Source of the DNA: an uncultured Candidatus Sumerlaeota bacterium
GTDB taxonomy: Bacteria; Sumerlaeota; Sumerlaeia; SLMS01
Length of the DNA stretch: 28,666 bases
Assembly (NCBI GenBank): GCA_964346275.1
Contig: CAYFUR010000012.1
Span: 1 to 28,666 of the forward strand
Direction of reading: 5' to 3'
Below, piece after piece: positions 18,401 to 26,472 of this stretch. The notes below the pieces were generated by a model. The model was not told where the DNA came from and did not search any database. It was given only the letters and a program-made list of their open reading frames with translations. A program made the position numbers and the translations under genes. The number at the start of each line of letters is the position of its first letter. Positions within the stretch are counted from its first letter, which is position 1.

Positions 18401-19955
18401 CGACGGGAAAGGAGTGTCCGAGGCTTGTGGTGAGCTGGGATTCGATTTGATAGGTTTTTCTCTGGCGGGTGCGTTCCCAGTGAGAAGGCCAGCCTTTTTT
18501 GTGAAAATTTGGATCGAGGTCCCAGACGTGTTTCCCAATGAGTTCTTTGCGATCATAGCCGAGGCGGCGGCAGACGGCCTCGTTCACATTGATGATTTGC
18601 CCGGTGGAGTCGATCCAGAAGACAAGGTCGAGGGTTTGCTCGATGGTGAACTGGCTGAGGCGGAGTTGTTCTTCGACACGTTTTCGCTCGCTGATATCCC
18701 GGACGACGGCGAGGACGCGTTGCTCGCCGTCAATGGTAGCGGGACGGAGGCTGACTTCCATCCACATGGGCTGGCCGTTGCGGCGTTTCGCGTGCCATTC
18801 GAAGAGGTGCGATCCATCCTGGAGAGCCCGATCGATCATGCGTTTCGCATCGGCGGGCGTATATGCGGAAGTATCAGTCGAAAGGATTTCGATGCCTTTG
18901 CCAATGAACTCCATGCGCCTGATTTGAAATAATTCCTCGGCACGATGGTTGACGTCGACGATGGCCCCGTCGTCGATGCGTTGAATCATGACGGCGTCAT
19001 TCACGGAGTTGTAGATCGTCTGAAACCGTTCCTGGCTTCGGCGGTAGGCTTCTGTTCGGCGGCGAACGAGAGTCTGAAGGCGGCGGTTCCAGACCCAGAC
19101 GGAGATCAGAGCCAGCAGGCCAAGGCCCACGATGATGAGGATTTCCCGATAGTAGTGGAAGAGAAAGGATTCCCTGGCGGGGAACCGCGTGCCGAGCCAT
19201 TTGCGGTTGATGTTGTCCAGAACGCCGCTGGCTCTTGCGCGATCGATTCCCTTGTTCAGGATGCCGACGAGGAAAGCGTTGTCCTCCGTGGCGGCCATGC
19301 CGTTTTCGCCGACGTAGAGGGGTTCTCCCACCTTTTTGATCTGGTCCGTTAGCCCTTCCTCGTAGATATGATAGATGACGATCTGCTCGTCGCCGATCAC
19401 CGCATCAGCCTCTCCCTGGGCGACAAGGCGGGTGGCCTGGACAAAGTTTTCGGTTTCCCGGACTTGGAAATCGATGTCCTGGCTTTGGAGGTATTCGAGG
19501 GCATAGTCGCCCGCCTGCATGGCGATGCGTTTCCCCTCGAGGCCGGCAAGGCGTTGGATATCGGTGCGCTCGGCGGCAACAAAGATGGATGCGGGCACCT
19601 GGAAAATTGCCTGGGTGAACTCGAAATCCTGGTCGCGTTGTTCGCTGTAGAAGAGGCTGGTGATGACATCGGCATCGCCGCTGAGAACGGCCTGCTGGGC
19701 TTCCTGAAAGGTCATGTCCTGGAAACGCGCGTTGAAGCCGAGTTCCGTGCTGAGCCAGCGGGCAAGCTCGATGGACATGCCAGCGGGGCGCCCCTCATTA
19801 TTTACGTATTCAAATGGAGGGTAGTTGCTTTGGCTGACGAAGACGATGGGTTTGTTTTCATCGAGCCAGGCCCGTTCTTCTTCCGTGAGTTCCAGGGCAA
19901 GGAGAGGCCCCGGGACGAGGGTGAACGCGAGGAGGAGGAGAAAAATCCTGCACAT
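15480..19955 (-). CDS. Hybrid sensor histidine kinase: periplasmic solute-binding domain, TM, multiple PAS domains, GAF, HisKA, HATPase_c, receiver
   Basis: The 1491-aa protein begins with signal peptide MCRIFLLLLAFTLVPG. An about 250-aa SBP_bac_3-like periplasmic domain and a TM helix (ILIIVGLGLLALISVWVW) follow. About four PAS repeats, a GAF-like segment and another PAS precede the kinase core. The core has the H-box AHDFNNLL, N-box NLITNASEA, and G-boxes DTGAGM and GRGLGL. The C-terminal receiver contains LLADDE...VVLDLTMP. Confidence 0.9.
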   Translation of the reverse strand: MCRIFLLLLAFTLVPGPLLALELTEEERAWLDENKPIVFVSQSNYPPFEYVNNEGRPAGMSIELARWLSTELGFNARFQDMTFQEAQQAVLSGDADVITSLFYSEQRDQDFEFTQAIFQVPASIFVAAERTDIQRLAGLEGKRIAMQAGDYALEYLQSQDIDFQVRETENFVQATRLVAQGEADAVIGDEQIVIYHIYEEGLTDQIKKVGEPLYVGENGMAATEDNAFLVGILNKGIDRARASGVLDNINRKWLGTRFPARESFLFHYYREILIIVGLGLLALISVWVWNRRLQTLVRRRTEAYRRSQERFQTIYNSVNDAVMIQRIDDGAIVDVNHRAEELFQIRRMEFIGKGIEILSTDTSAYTPADAKRMIDRALQDGSHLFEWHAKRRNGQPMWMEVSLRPATIDGEQRVLAVVRDISERKRVEEQLRLSQFTIEQTLDLVFWIDSTGQIINVNEAVCRRLGYDRKELIGKHVWDLDPNFHKKGWPSHWERTRQRKTYQIESQLTTSLGHSFPVEIVINHILTEDSELHCTFARDITERKAAEEQLRRREQEFANLAHNSPDIIIRYNREGRPVYANPEAEKLLQRPQQDIIGRPLWDLYEDRSLVVKWNLLLEDVCRSCTERSIEFSISNNGDKHDYQVKVVPEVNRQGIVDTVLSVARDITPLKKAEIQIRESESRFRAVVENMPVLVVALDSQGHVKLWNKAAERISGYTAEEAMEEPRFGRRLYPDTQYYQYVRNRIDESPGDHHDLETTITCKDGSARVISWTNISRKVPIPGWHDWALGIDVTERRRAEENLKNRERILSALAETTEGLIRSGEFASAIQKSLKALGEATSCSRISICETEIDSTGSHSLKPRYEWAAPGVRSLAEAPGSQSIIGRQFGSEKWAEILSSGEVLHGPLSLFPDQEKELLQSVEIKSIAIFPILFEQSWWGIIGLEDCVNERQWSHAELETLRSAAAIVGSAIERRRIEEEIIRARDEWERTFDSVPDLIVILDRDFRVLRANRALLERLGAAKEDFLGRIAYKELSGMVRFQSGHPFSCTPNAGNSHTEEQYIDSLGGHFLVTSAPLHDREGSLLGAVYIARDITESKKEEEKRRDLEHQMLQSQKLESLGVLAGGIAHDFNNLLTGIMGNNELALLRLPGDSPCRRNLEEVDKASRRAAELCRQMLAYSGKGRFILEPINLNEVLKEITGLLHTSISKKADLELRLAPELPPIQGDATQIRQLVMNLITNASEALEGETGKVFVTTGVRDCTQEELKDSSLGVDIPPGHYVFFQVADTGAGMDKETQEKIFDPFYTTKFTGRGLGLAAAQGIIHGHKGSIHISSEPRKGSSFTIYFPEGAEAPRRQTPPREVPIWKGRGRILLADDEASIRELGREILEHAGFQVTTAPDGADALEFFMENDDEIICVVLDLTMPRMSGEEVFSEIHRLRPDIPVILSSGYDEQHVTGEFHGTLAGFIQKPYKSNELLEVIKRALEESTRS

Positions 19956-20137
19956 AGGGATAGCACTTACACAGGAAAAGCCGACGCATGTGGAGCCCTC
20001 TTGTTAATGCTCGACTCTGTTCATATATTATTTATTATTCTGATCACATTTTATTTACCAATCGTAAATATCAGACTGAGAGAAATGGAACAAGCGAAAG
20101 AAGATAAAAAAAGCTCGAGGGGTTTCAGAAGATCCTT

Positions 20138-21538
20138 TTACGATCTGGCGCCCATGATAGCGCTCAGTTCGCGAATGAGGCGGCCGGCGTTGGCGAGTTT
20201 GCTGTTGGTCTCGTTGAGATCGTCGCTGGTTTTGTCGAGGCGTTTTGCGAGGGTTCGGGCCAGGGCGAGGGCCATCTCGGGCCGGCGCGAGAAGAACTCG
20301 GTGAAATCGGATTCGGTAATGCGAAGCAGGATCACATCGTCCCGGGCCACGACGGTGGCCGAGCGGGGCACATCGTTGAGGGGAGACATTTCGCCAATGA
20401 AGCTTCCTGGCTCTTCGAGTTCGGCGATGCGGCGGCCGGACTTGATGATCTCGACAGCGCCGGACATGAGGACGTAGCATTCCCGGCTGTTGTCGTCTTC
20501 GTAGAAGAGCACTTCTCCAGGCCGGAGAAAAATGGGAACGGTTTCAAGTTGCTCGTCGCCGGTCATTGTGTCCAAAACAAAATTTCCAACAGGAACCTGG
20601 CTTTTCGAAACGGGGCGCAGGGGAGCGAGGGCGTTTTTTGCCTCGGGGATGATGTCGCTGGTGGTGAGTTCGCCACGTTCCAGCTGGCCCAGGAGAGTGA
20701 GAGCCTTCTCGGGCGTTTCCGGGCGGTCCATGCGGTCTCGTGCGCTCAGCTTGCGAATCAGGTACGCCAGAGGCGGGCTGATATTCTGGTCGATGGTGCG
20801 GGCATCGGGGAGATCGTCGGTGATCTTGCGCGTGAGCAGGAGGGAGGTGTTCAGTTCGGTAAAGGGCGGACGGCCGGTGGCGAGGTGAAACAGGGTGACG
20901 CCGAGAGAGTAGAGGTCTGTTTGAACGGTCAGCACGGTTTCGCCGGCGGCTTGCTCGGGGCTGACGTAGATCGGCGTGCCGACAATGGCGCCGGTGGTGG
21001 TCATGCCCGCGTCATCTTTGAACTTGGCCAGGCCGTAGTCCATCACCTTGATCGTGTCATCGTTGGTCCAAAGGAGGTTCGCCGGCTTGATATCGCGGTG
21101 GAGAATGCCCAGTTCTTGTCCGGCGCACAGGGCTTCCAATACGGTGCGGGCGACGTGATAGACTTCCTTTTCCTTGAGTTGGCCTTTGCGCTGAAGACGA
21201 TCCATGAGCGTCTCGCCCTGGAGGAATTCCATGACGAGGAATGGGCGCCCTTCGACGACGCCGTGGCGGTAGCCGCGCACGATGTTCGGATGGTCGAGCT
21301 GGATCAGGACGCTGACTTCGCGGTCCCATCGTTTGCGCGGCGCCTCCTGCATGACAAGGAAGGGGGAGAGGATTTTGACCGCGTATTTCTTTTTCGGGTC
21401 TTGTTCGTCGTGGGCGAGAAAGACCGAGGACGTGGCGCCCGATCCGATCTGGCGATCGAGGCGAATGCCCGAGATCATGTCGGCTTTGAGATAGGAAGGC
21501 GTCGCCGCCTGGTCCAGTGCGGCCGTGGTATCGAGCAT
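20138..21538 (-). CDS. Hanks-type Ser/Thr protein kinase fused to a C-terminal cyclic-nucleotide-binding (CAP-family) domain
   Basis: The kinase region shows the Gly loop IGSGATSSV, the catalytic Lys in YAVKIL, the catalytic loop HRDIKPANLL, DYG (a DFG variant) and the APE-like GTPIYVSPEQ. The C-terminus has GSFIGEMSPLNDVPRSATVVARDDVILLRI, which matches the cNMP-binding F-G-E...R-[ST]-A phosphate-binding cassette. Confidence 0.85.
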   Translation of the reverse strand: MLDTTAALDQAATPSYLKADMISGIRLDRQIGSGATSSVFLAHDEQDPKKKYAVKILSPFLVMQEAPRKRWDREVSVLIQLDHPNIVRGYRHGVVEGRPFLVMEFLQGETLMDRLQRKGQLKEKEVYHVARTVLEALCAGQELGILHRDIKPANLLWTNDDTIKVMDYGLAKFKDDAGMTTTGAIVGTPIYVSPEQAAGETVLTVQTDLYSLGVTLFHLATGRPPFTELNTSLLLTRKITDDLPDARTIDQNISPPLAYLIRKLSARDRMDRPETPEKALTLLGQLERGELTTSDIIPEAKNALAPLRPVSKSQVPVGNFVLDTMTGDEQLETVPIFLRPGEVLFYEDDNSRECYVLMSGAVEIIKSGRRIAELEEPGSFIGEMSPLNDVPRSATVVARDDVILLRITESDFTEFFSRRPEMALALARTLAKRLDKTSDDLNETNSKLANAGRLIRELSAIMGARS

Positions 21539-21667
21539 CCGGAGTTTCTCCGCTGGTTGGCTTGCCTCACAGATTAGCGGTCAAGAGTGCGGGCCACGTC
21601 AAGAAGTAGGGCGCCGGGTTTTTTCCACTGGCAGCGTGCCCGGGGAGAAAGCCATGCTCTGCGGCCC

Positions 21668-22909
21668 ATGTCGCTTCACGAAAAAACATACCGCCATCAC
21701 GTGAAATACATGGCCCTGCGCGGGCCGGCGATCGCGCTGTCCATGCAATTCGCATCGTTCATCGCGGTGAAATCGCTGGGCGCGCCGGAGGAACAGGCGA
21801 TCCTGATCATGCTGGCGATGCCCATGGGCAATCTGCTGGCCTTTCTTTATCCCAAGCTGCTGGGCCGGCGGGCGCGTGTGCCTTTTGCTTTCTGGCCCGA
21901 TTTCGTGGGATTTCTGATTCTGCTGCCCATGGTATTCGTCACCCGCCCCGAGGTCTTTATCGGGATGATCTTCGCTACGGTACTGTTGCGGGCCTCGACG
22001 ATTGTCGCCCTGAGCGGGATCATGCGGGAGAACTACGCCCCGGCGACGCGGGCGGCCACCATGGGCAAGGTGCAGTCGGCTTCGCTGGGCGTGATGGCGG
22101 GCAGCGGGGTGCTCTTCGGGTGGATTCTCGAGCAGGACCACATGGCCTACCGCTATCTTTTTCCCCTCTGCTCGGTGGCGGGGATGTTCGCTCTCTGGCA
22201 GTTGCGGAAAATCCCCGAGGAGGACCCAGCCGCTCGCCCGACAGGGAGCGCGCCGCGGTTTCGCGATTTCTTTCAAATCCTTCGCAGCAACGGCCACTTT
22301 CGCCGCTATCAGATTTCCTTTTTCGTTTTCGGGTTCGCGGCCTGGATGTTCAACACACTGCTGCCCCTTTATCTGGCCCAGGATCTGAAGGCGGACTATC
22401 GCTCGGGGGCGTTGATCCTGGTGGTGATCAACTTCGGGCTGCCGTTTCTGACCAGTCCCTTCTGGGGGCGGGTGATCGACAGGACGAACCTGCTGCTCAT
22501 GCGGGGAGCTTTCAACCTGGCTTGGTCTTTCGCGCCGCTGCTGGTTTTTCTGACGCATTCGGTGGCGGGTGTGATCGTGGCGCAGCTCATCGCGGGATTC
22601 ATTCTGGGCGGATCGCGGCTGATCTGGAACCTGGGGGTGAATATCTTCGCCAAGCGCGACGAGGTGCCGACGTATATGGGCTTGCACCAGTCACTGACGG
22701 GGATCCGGGGCCTGCTTGCGCCGATCATCGGGCTGCAGCTGGCGGAGTTGTTTGCGGCTCCGGGAGCAGTGCCGAATTACCGGGCCGTGTTTCTCATCTG
22801 TTGGGGCCTGACGATCGTCGCGGGCGGTTTTATGATCTGGGAGGCCTTTTCCATGCAGCGACGCGGCGTGGCGACCACGTTTGCGCAGGCCGAGCGGGAG
22901 GAGGGATAG
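21668..22909 (+). CDS. Major facilitator superfamily (MFS) transporter
   Basis: The protein has about 12 predicted TM helices in two halves of six, an R/K-rich central loop and a G-rich motif after TM2. The ORF opens at 21587, but ATG 21668 (MSLHEKTYRH...) removes a non-hydrophobic R-rich leader. The start is uncertain. Confidence 0.8.
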   Translation: MSLHEKTYRHHVKYMALRGPAIALSMQFASFIAVKSLGAPEEQAILIMLAMPMGNLLAFLYPKLLGRRARVPFAFWPDFVGFLILLPMVFVTRPEVFIGMIFATVLLRASTIVALSGIMRENYAPATRAATMGKVQSASLGVMAGSGVLFGWILEQDHMAYRYLFPLCSVAGMFALWQLRKIPEEDPAARPTGSAPRFRDFFQILRSNGHFRRYQISFFVFGFAAWMFNTLLPLYLAQDLKADYRSGALILVVINFGLPFLTSPFWGRVIDRTNLLLMRGAFNLAWSFAPLLVFLTHSVAGVIVAQLIAGFILGGSRLIWNLGVNIFAKRDEVPTYMGLHQSLTGIRGLLAPIIGLQLAELFAAPGAVPNYRAVFLICWGLTIVAGGFMIWEAFSMQRRGVATTFAQAEREEG

Positions 22910-22961
22910 GTTTGCCGGAGGATGGAGGTTGGGAAGTGGATTCGGGGAATCGGCCAGAACT

Positions 22962-22989
22962 GTCTACACGGCCCGGTGGCCGTATAGAC
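22962..22989. terminator. GC-rich hairpin between convergent MFS and adenosine deaminase genes (terminator-like, no U-tract)
   Basis: The arms GTCTACACGGCC and GGCCGTATAGAC form a 12-bp stem (11/12 complementary) around the loop CGGT. Confidence 0.35.
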
Positions 22990-23008
22990 GATGCAGCTCA
23001 TGGTGGAG

Positions 23009-24160
23009 TCAGCCCTTTTTGCTGGCGGCCGCTTTTTTCTCTTCGTTTTTGTTTTCGCGCGAGCCGGTGAATTGCTCGGTTGGGATGTCGGCAATGGAGT
23101 GTGCGGCGGTTTGATTGTCCGTTTCCCCGCTGTAAGCGTTGAGCTGTTCGATGGCACGGTGGAGGAGTTCCACCTTGTCTTTGTGGTGGAGGAAGGAGGA
23201 CTTCAGGCTGTAGATGATGAGGTCCTTGATGCCTTCCAGTGTGAAGTTGAGTTTTTCGTGGGCGATCAAGAGTTCGTCGGTGACGGTGGTTCCGCTGATG
23301 AGGCGGTTGTCGGTGCAGATGCAGCAGCGCAGTCCGAAGTCGTAATACATGAGCAGCGGGTGGAGGCTGAGGTCTTTGATCGCTCCGGTTTGGAGGTTCG
23401 AGGTGAGGTTGATTTCCAGGGGAATGCGGTGGTCGCAGCAGTAATTGAGGAGATCGCCGTCTTCTTTGAGGCGGACGGCGTGTCCGAGGCGATGGGAGCC
23501 GCAGTCGTGGAGGGCCTGGCTGATGGATTCTGGTCCGTAGGCTTCTCCGGCGTGGATGGTGATGTTGATGTTGTTTTTGAGGATGAGTTCGAAGGCGTCC
23601 TTGTGGCGGCTTGCGGGGTAGTTGGCTTCGGCTCCGGCCAGGTCGAAGCCGACAACGCCGCGGTGCTTGTACATGACGCAGAGTTCGGCGCTCTGGATGG
23701 TGTATTTCGGATCGGAATGCCTCATGCCGCAGATGATGAGCCCCCATTTGACGCCGAAGTCGCGTTCGCCGGCGCGGAGCCCATCAAGCACGGCATCGAC
23801 AATCTGGGTGAGGCGCATGCCGTTGCGCTGGTGGAGGATCGGTGCATAGCGCACTTCGATATAGACCATGTTCTCTTTCGACACATCCTCGATGAGTTCG
23901 TAGGCGGTGCGAAAGAGGGCCTCATAGTCTTGAAGGACGCTGAGGGTGATGTCGAAGGCCTTGAGGTATTCGACCAGGTCGGCGGCTTCTTCCTGGACGA
24001 GAAGCTGGCGCAGCTTGTCGGGCTTGTCATGGGGGAGCCGGACGTCGCGCTCCTTGGCCAGTTCGATGATGGTTTCGACGCGCATGGAGCCGTCGAGGTG
24101 GCAGTGCAGATCCGCTTTGGGGAGTTTGTATAGCAGATCGCGTGTGAGTTTGTCGGTCAT
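23009..24160 (-). CDS. add: Adenosine deaminase family metallo-hydrolase
   Basis: The 383-aa protein has LPKADLHCHLDGS (the metal-binding HxH), GFDLAG, HAGE and GHAV(R)L motifs of the A_deaminase fold. It carries a K/E-rich C-terminal tail of about 40 aa. An AAGGGAGG Shine-Dalgarno lies upstream. Confidence 0.85.
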   Translation of the reverse strand: MTDKLTRDLLYKLPKADLHCHLDGSMRVETIIELAKERDVRLPHDKPDKLRQLLVQEEAADLVEYLKAFDITLSVLQDYEALFRTAYELIEDVSKENMVYIEVRYAPILHQRNGMRLTQIVDAVLDGLRAGERDFGVKWGLIICGMRHSDPKYTIQSAELCVMYKHRGVVGFDLAGAEANYPASRHKDAFELILKNNINITIHAGEAYGPESISQALHDCGSHRLGHAVRLKEDGDLLNYCCDHRIPLEINLTSNLQTGAIKDLSLHPLLMYYDFGLRCCICTDNRLISGTTVTDELLIAHEKLNFTLEGIKDLIIYSLKSSFLHHKDKVELLHRAIEQLNAYSGETDNQTAAHSIADIPTEQFTGSRENKNEEKKAAASKKG

Positions 24161-24267
24161 GTAAGACCTCCCTTATTGAACCCTTCATCGGAACAGAAGG
24201 ATGGAAGGATGTCCAGAGACAATTTGATGGAATTTTAGGGGAATTGGCAGGGGCCGGTGGAAGCCTT

Positions 24268-26379
24268 TTAGTGTGTGGGGGGGTCTGATTGCTCTTCGTC
24301 GGTGCCGATAACGAAGGGGCTTTCCTCGCCGGGCGCGGACGGGCTGGTGTCGGATGCGAGTTCATCGGCCAGGACGAGTTCGTAGTATTTGCCTTTTCCG
24401 GCGAGGAGTTCTTCGTGGGTGCCCGTCTCAACGATGCGGCCGGCATGGAGGACGACGATCTGGTCGGCCTGGCGGACGGTGGAGAGGCGATGGGCAATGA
24501 CGAGGACCGTGCGGTTCTGGATGAGGCGTTCGATGGCGGCCTGTACGATGGCTTCCGATTCGTTATCGAGGGCGCTGGTGGCTTCGTCGAGGATGAGGAT
24601 GGGGGTGTTGGCGAGGAGGGCGCGGGCGATGGCGAGGCGCTGGCGCTGGCCGCCGGAGAGCTGGCCGCCGCGTTCGCCGATCATGGTATCATAGCCGCGG
24701 GGAAGCTGCTCGATGAATTCGTGGGCATAGGCTGCGCGGGCGGCTTGTTCAGTTTCCTCGCGGGTGGCGCCGGGCCGTGCATAGCGGATATTATTGAGAA
24801 TCGTGTCGTTGAAGAGGATGGTTTCCTGGGACACGACGGCCATGAGATCGCGCAGGGAATGGAGTGTGACGTCGCGGATATCGATTCCATCGATTTTGAT
24901 GCTGCCATCCTGGATATCGAAAAAGCGGGGGAGAAGGCGGGCGACGGTGGATTTGCCGGCGCCGGTGCGACCGACCAGGGCAACGCGCTTGCCCTTGGGG
25001 ATTTCGAGAGAGAAATCGATGAGGGCGGGGGCGTTCTCGGTGTTGTAGGCGAAGAGGACGTTCTGGAACTCGATCCTGTCGCGGAATTCCTGGAGTTCGA
25101 TGGCGTCGGGCTTCTCCGCGATGGTGGGTTTGAGGTCGATGATGTCGAAGATGCGCTCGGCGCTGGCGAGGGATTTCTGCATCTTAATGAAGGTGTTGGA
25201 AACGCGTTTGAGCGGGGGATAGAAGCGCGTGAGGATAAAGAGGTAAGCAATGAACTCCGCGGGGTTCATATCGGCGTTGTCGCTTTTGAGGATGAGGTAG
25301 GCGCCGACGCAGAGCACGCCCGCGATGGCGATGGAAGCGGTGACTTCAACGAAGGGTTCGCTGTAGAGGCGGTATTTTTCGCGGCGAATCTGGCGCTGGG
25401 CGATTTCGCGGCTCAATTTGCGGAATCGCTTCATCTCGCCTTGTTCGCGGTTGAAGGCCTTCACGATCATAAGGCCCTGGATGATTTCCTGTGTGTAGCT
25501 GAGGAGCTTGGCGTCCTCTTCCTCGTCCCGCTTGCCCATAGTGCGGAGCTTCTTACCGAGGAGGCTGATGGGGAGCACAACGGCGGGAACACCAACGATG
25601 GCGATCAGTGTCATCTGCCAGTTGAGGACCATCATGACGACAAAGAGGAAGATCACCGTGAAGGGCTGGAGCACGATGTTGCTGATCATGTTGGTGAAAA
25701 CGACGCGCACGGCGCGCATGTCGTTGTTCATGCGGGCGATGAGGTCGCCGCTGGTGATTTTCTGGAACTCAGGAAGCTCCATGAGAAGGCATTTTCGATA
25801 GAGATCGTTTCGCAGCCGGAGGGTGGAGAGATAGAAGCATTTCTGGAGGATATACTTGGAAACGAAGGTCAGGAGGCTTTTCAACAGCTGTGCGCAGACG
25901 AGGGCAATCGCGAGGATATAGATCGCCTTTTCCATGCGATCCATGACCCACACGTTCCACTTATAGCGGATGATGCTCTTCTGTGTTTCGAGCCAGGGAT
26001 CGATGCGGGCGAACACGTTGGGGGCCTGGGCGAGTTCGAGCTGGTGCTCGTCGATGTTTTCCTGGATTTCCTCGAGCTTGTCCTCGGAGCGCTCCTCGAA
26101 AAGGATTTCGAGGACGGGAATCAGGGCGACGAGGTTGATGGCGGTCAGGATTCCGGCGAAAACTCCGATAAAGACAGCGACACCGATCTGGCCACGAAAA
26201 GGCCGGGCGTAGGCGAGTACGCGCCCGATGATGCGGAGGTCATCGAGTTTGAAGCCTTTCGTTTTCTTTTTGCGTCTGGTGTTGGCCAAGTCGGTGGTCC
26301 GTATTCCCTTGCGCAGACTGAGAAAATTCCCGTGCCGGAAGGCGCGACAGCATAGCCGGGGGCGCGGGAAAGGCGTCAA
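24268..26379 (-). CDS. ABC exporter, fused permease-ATPase (MsbA / multidrug-lipid exporter family)
   Basis: Six TM helices in the N-half are followed by a nucleotide-binding domain with Walker A GRTGAGKST, signature LSGGQRQR, Walker B ILILDEAT and an H-loop. The track ORF begins with TTG at 26379. An in-frame TTG at 26289 (LANTRRKKK...) is an alternative start, so the start is uncertain. Confidence 0.85.
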   Translation of the reverse strand: MTPFPRPRLCCRAFRHGNFLSLRKGIRTTDLANTRRKKKTKGFKLDDLRIIGRVLAYARPFRGQIGVAVFIGVFAGILTAINLVALIPVLEILFEERSEDKLEEIQENIDEHQLELAQAPNVFARIDPWLETQKSIIRYKWNVWVMDRMEKAIYILAIALVCAQLLKSLLTFVSKYILQKCFYLSTLRLRNDLYRKCLLMELPEFQKITSGDLIARMNNDMRAVRVVFTNMISNIVLQPFTVIFLFVVMMVLNWQMTLIAIVGVPAVVLPISLLGKKLRTMGKRDEEEDAKLLSYTQEIIQGLMIVKAFNREQGEMKRFRKLSREIAQRQIRREKYRLYSEPFVEVTASIAIAGVLCVGAYLILKSDNADMNPAEFIAYLFILTRFYPPLKRVSNTFIKMQKSLASAERIFDIIDLKPTIAEKPDAIELQEFRDRIEFQNVLFAYNTENAPALIDFSLEIPKGKRVALVGRTGAGKSTVARLLPRFFDIQDGSIKIDGIDIRDVTLHSLRDLMAVVSQETILFNDTILNNIRYARPGATREETEQAARAAYAHEFIEQLPRGYDTMIGERGGQLSGGQRQRLAIARALLANTPILILDEATSALDNESEAIVQAAIERLIQNRTVLVIAHRLSTVRQADQIVVLHAGRIVETGTHEELLAGKGKYYELVLADELASDTSPSAPGEESPFVIGTDEEQSDPPTH

Positions 26380-26411
26380 GCCGGGTCATGGAAATTATCT
26401 GAAAAGGGGGC

Positions 26412-26436
26412 GGGCCGGGAGTGGAAGTCCCGGCCC
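26412..26436 (-). terminator. Terminator-like hairpin downstream of the SPFH gene
   Basis: GGGCCGGGA–7-nt loop–UCCCGGCCC forms a 9-bp GC stem. On the minus strand it is followed by GCCCCCUUUU. The U-run is offset from the stem, so this is moderate evidence. Confidence 0.35.
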
Positions 26437-26472
26437 AAAGGAGAAATCAAAGGGTTGCCACTGATTGAGTTT

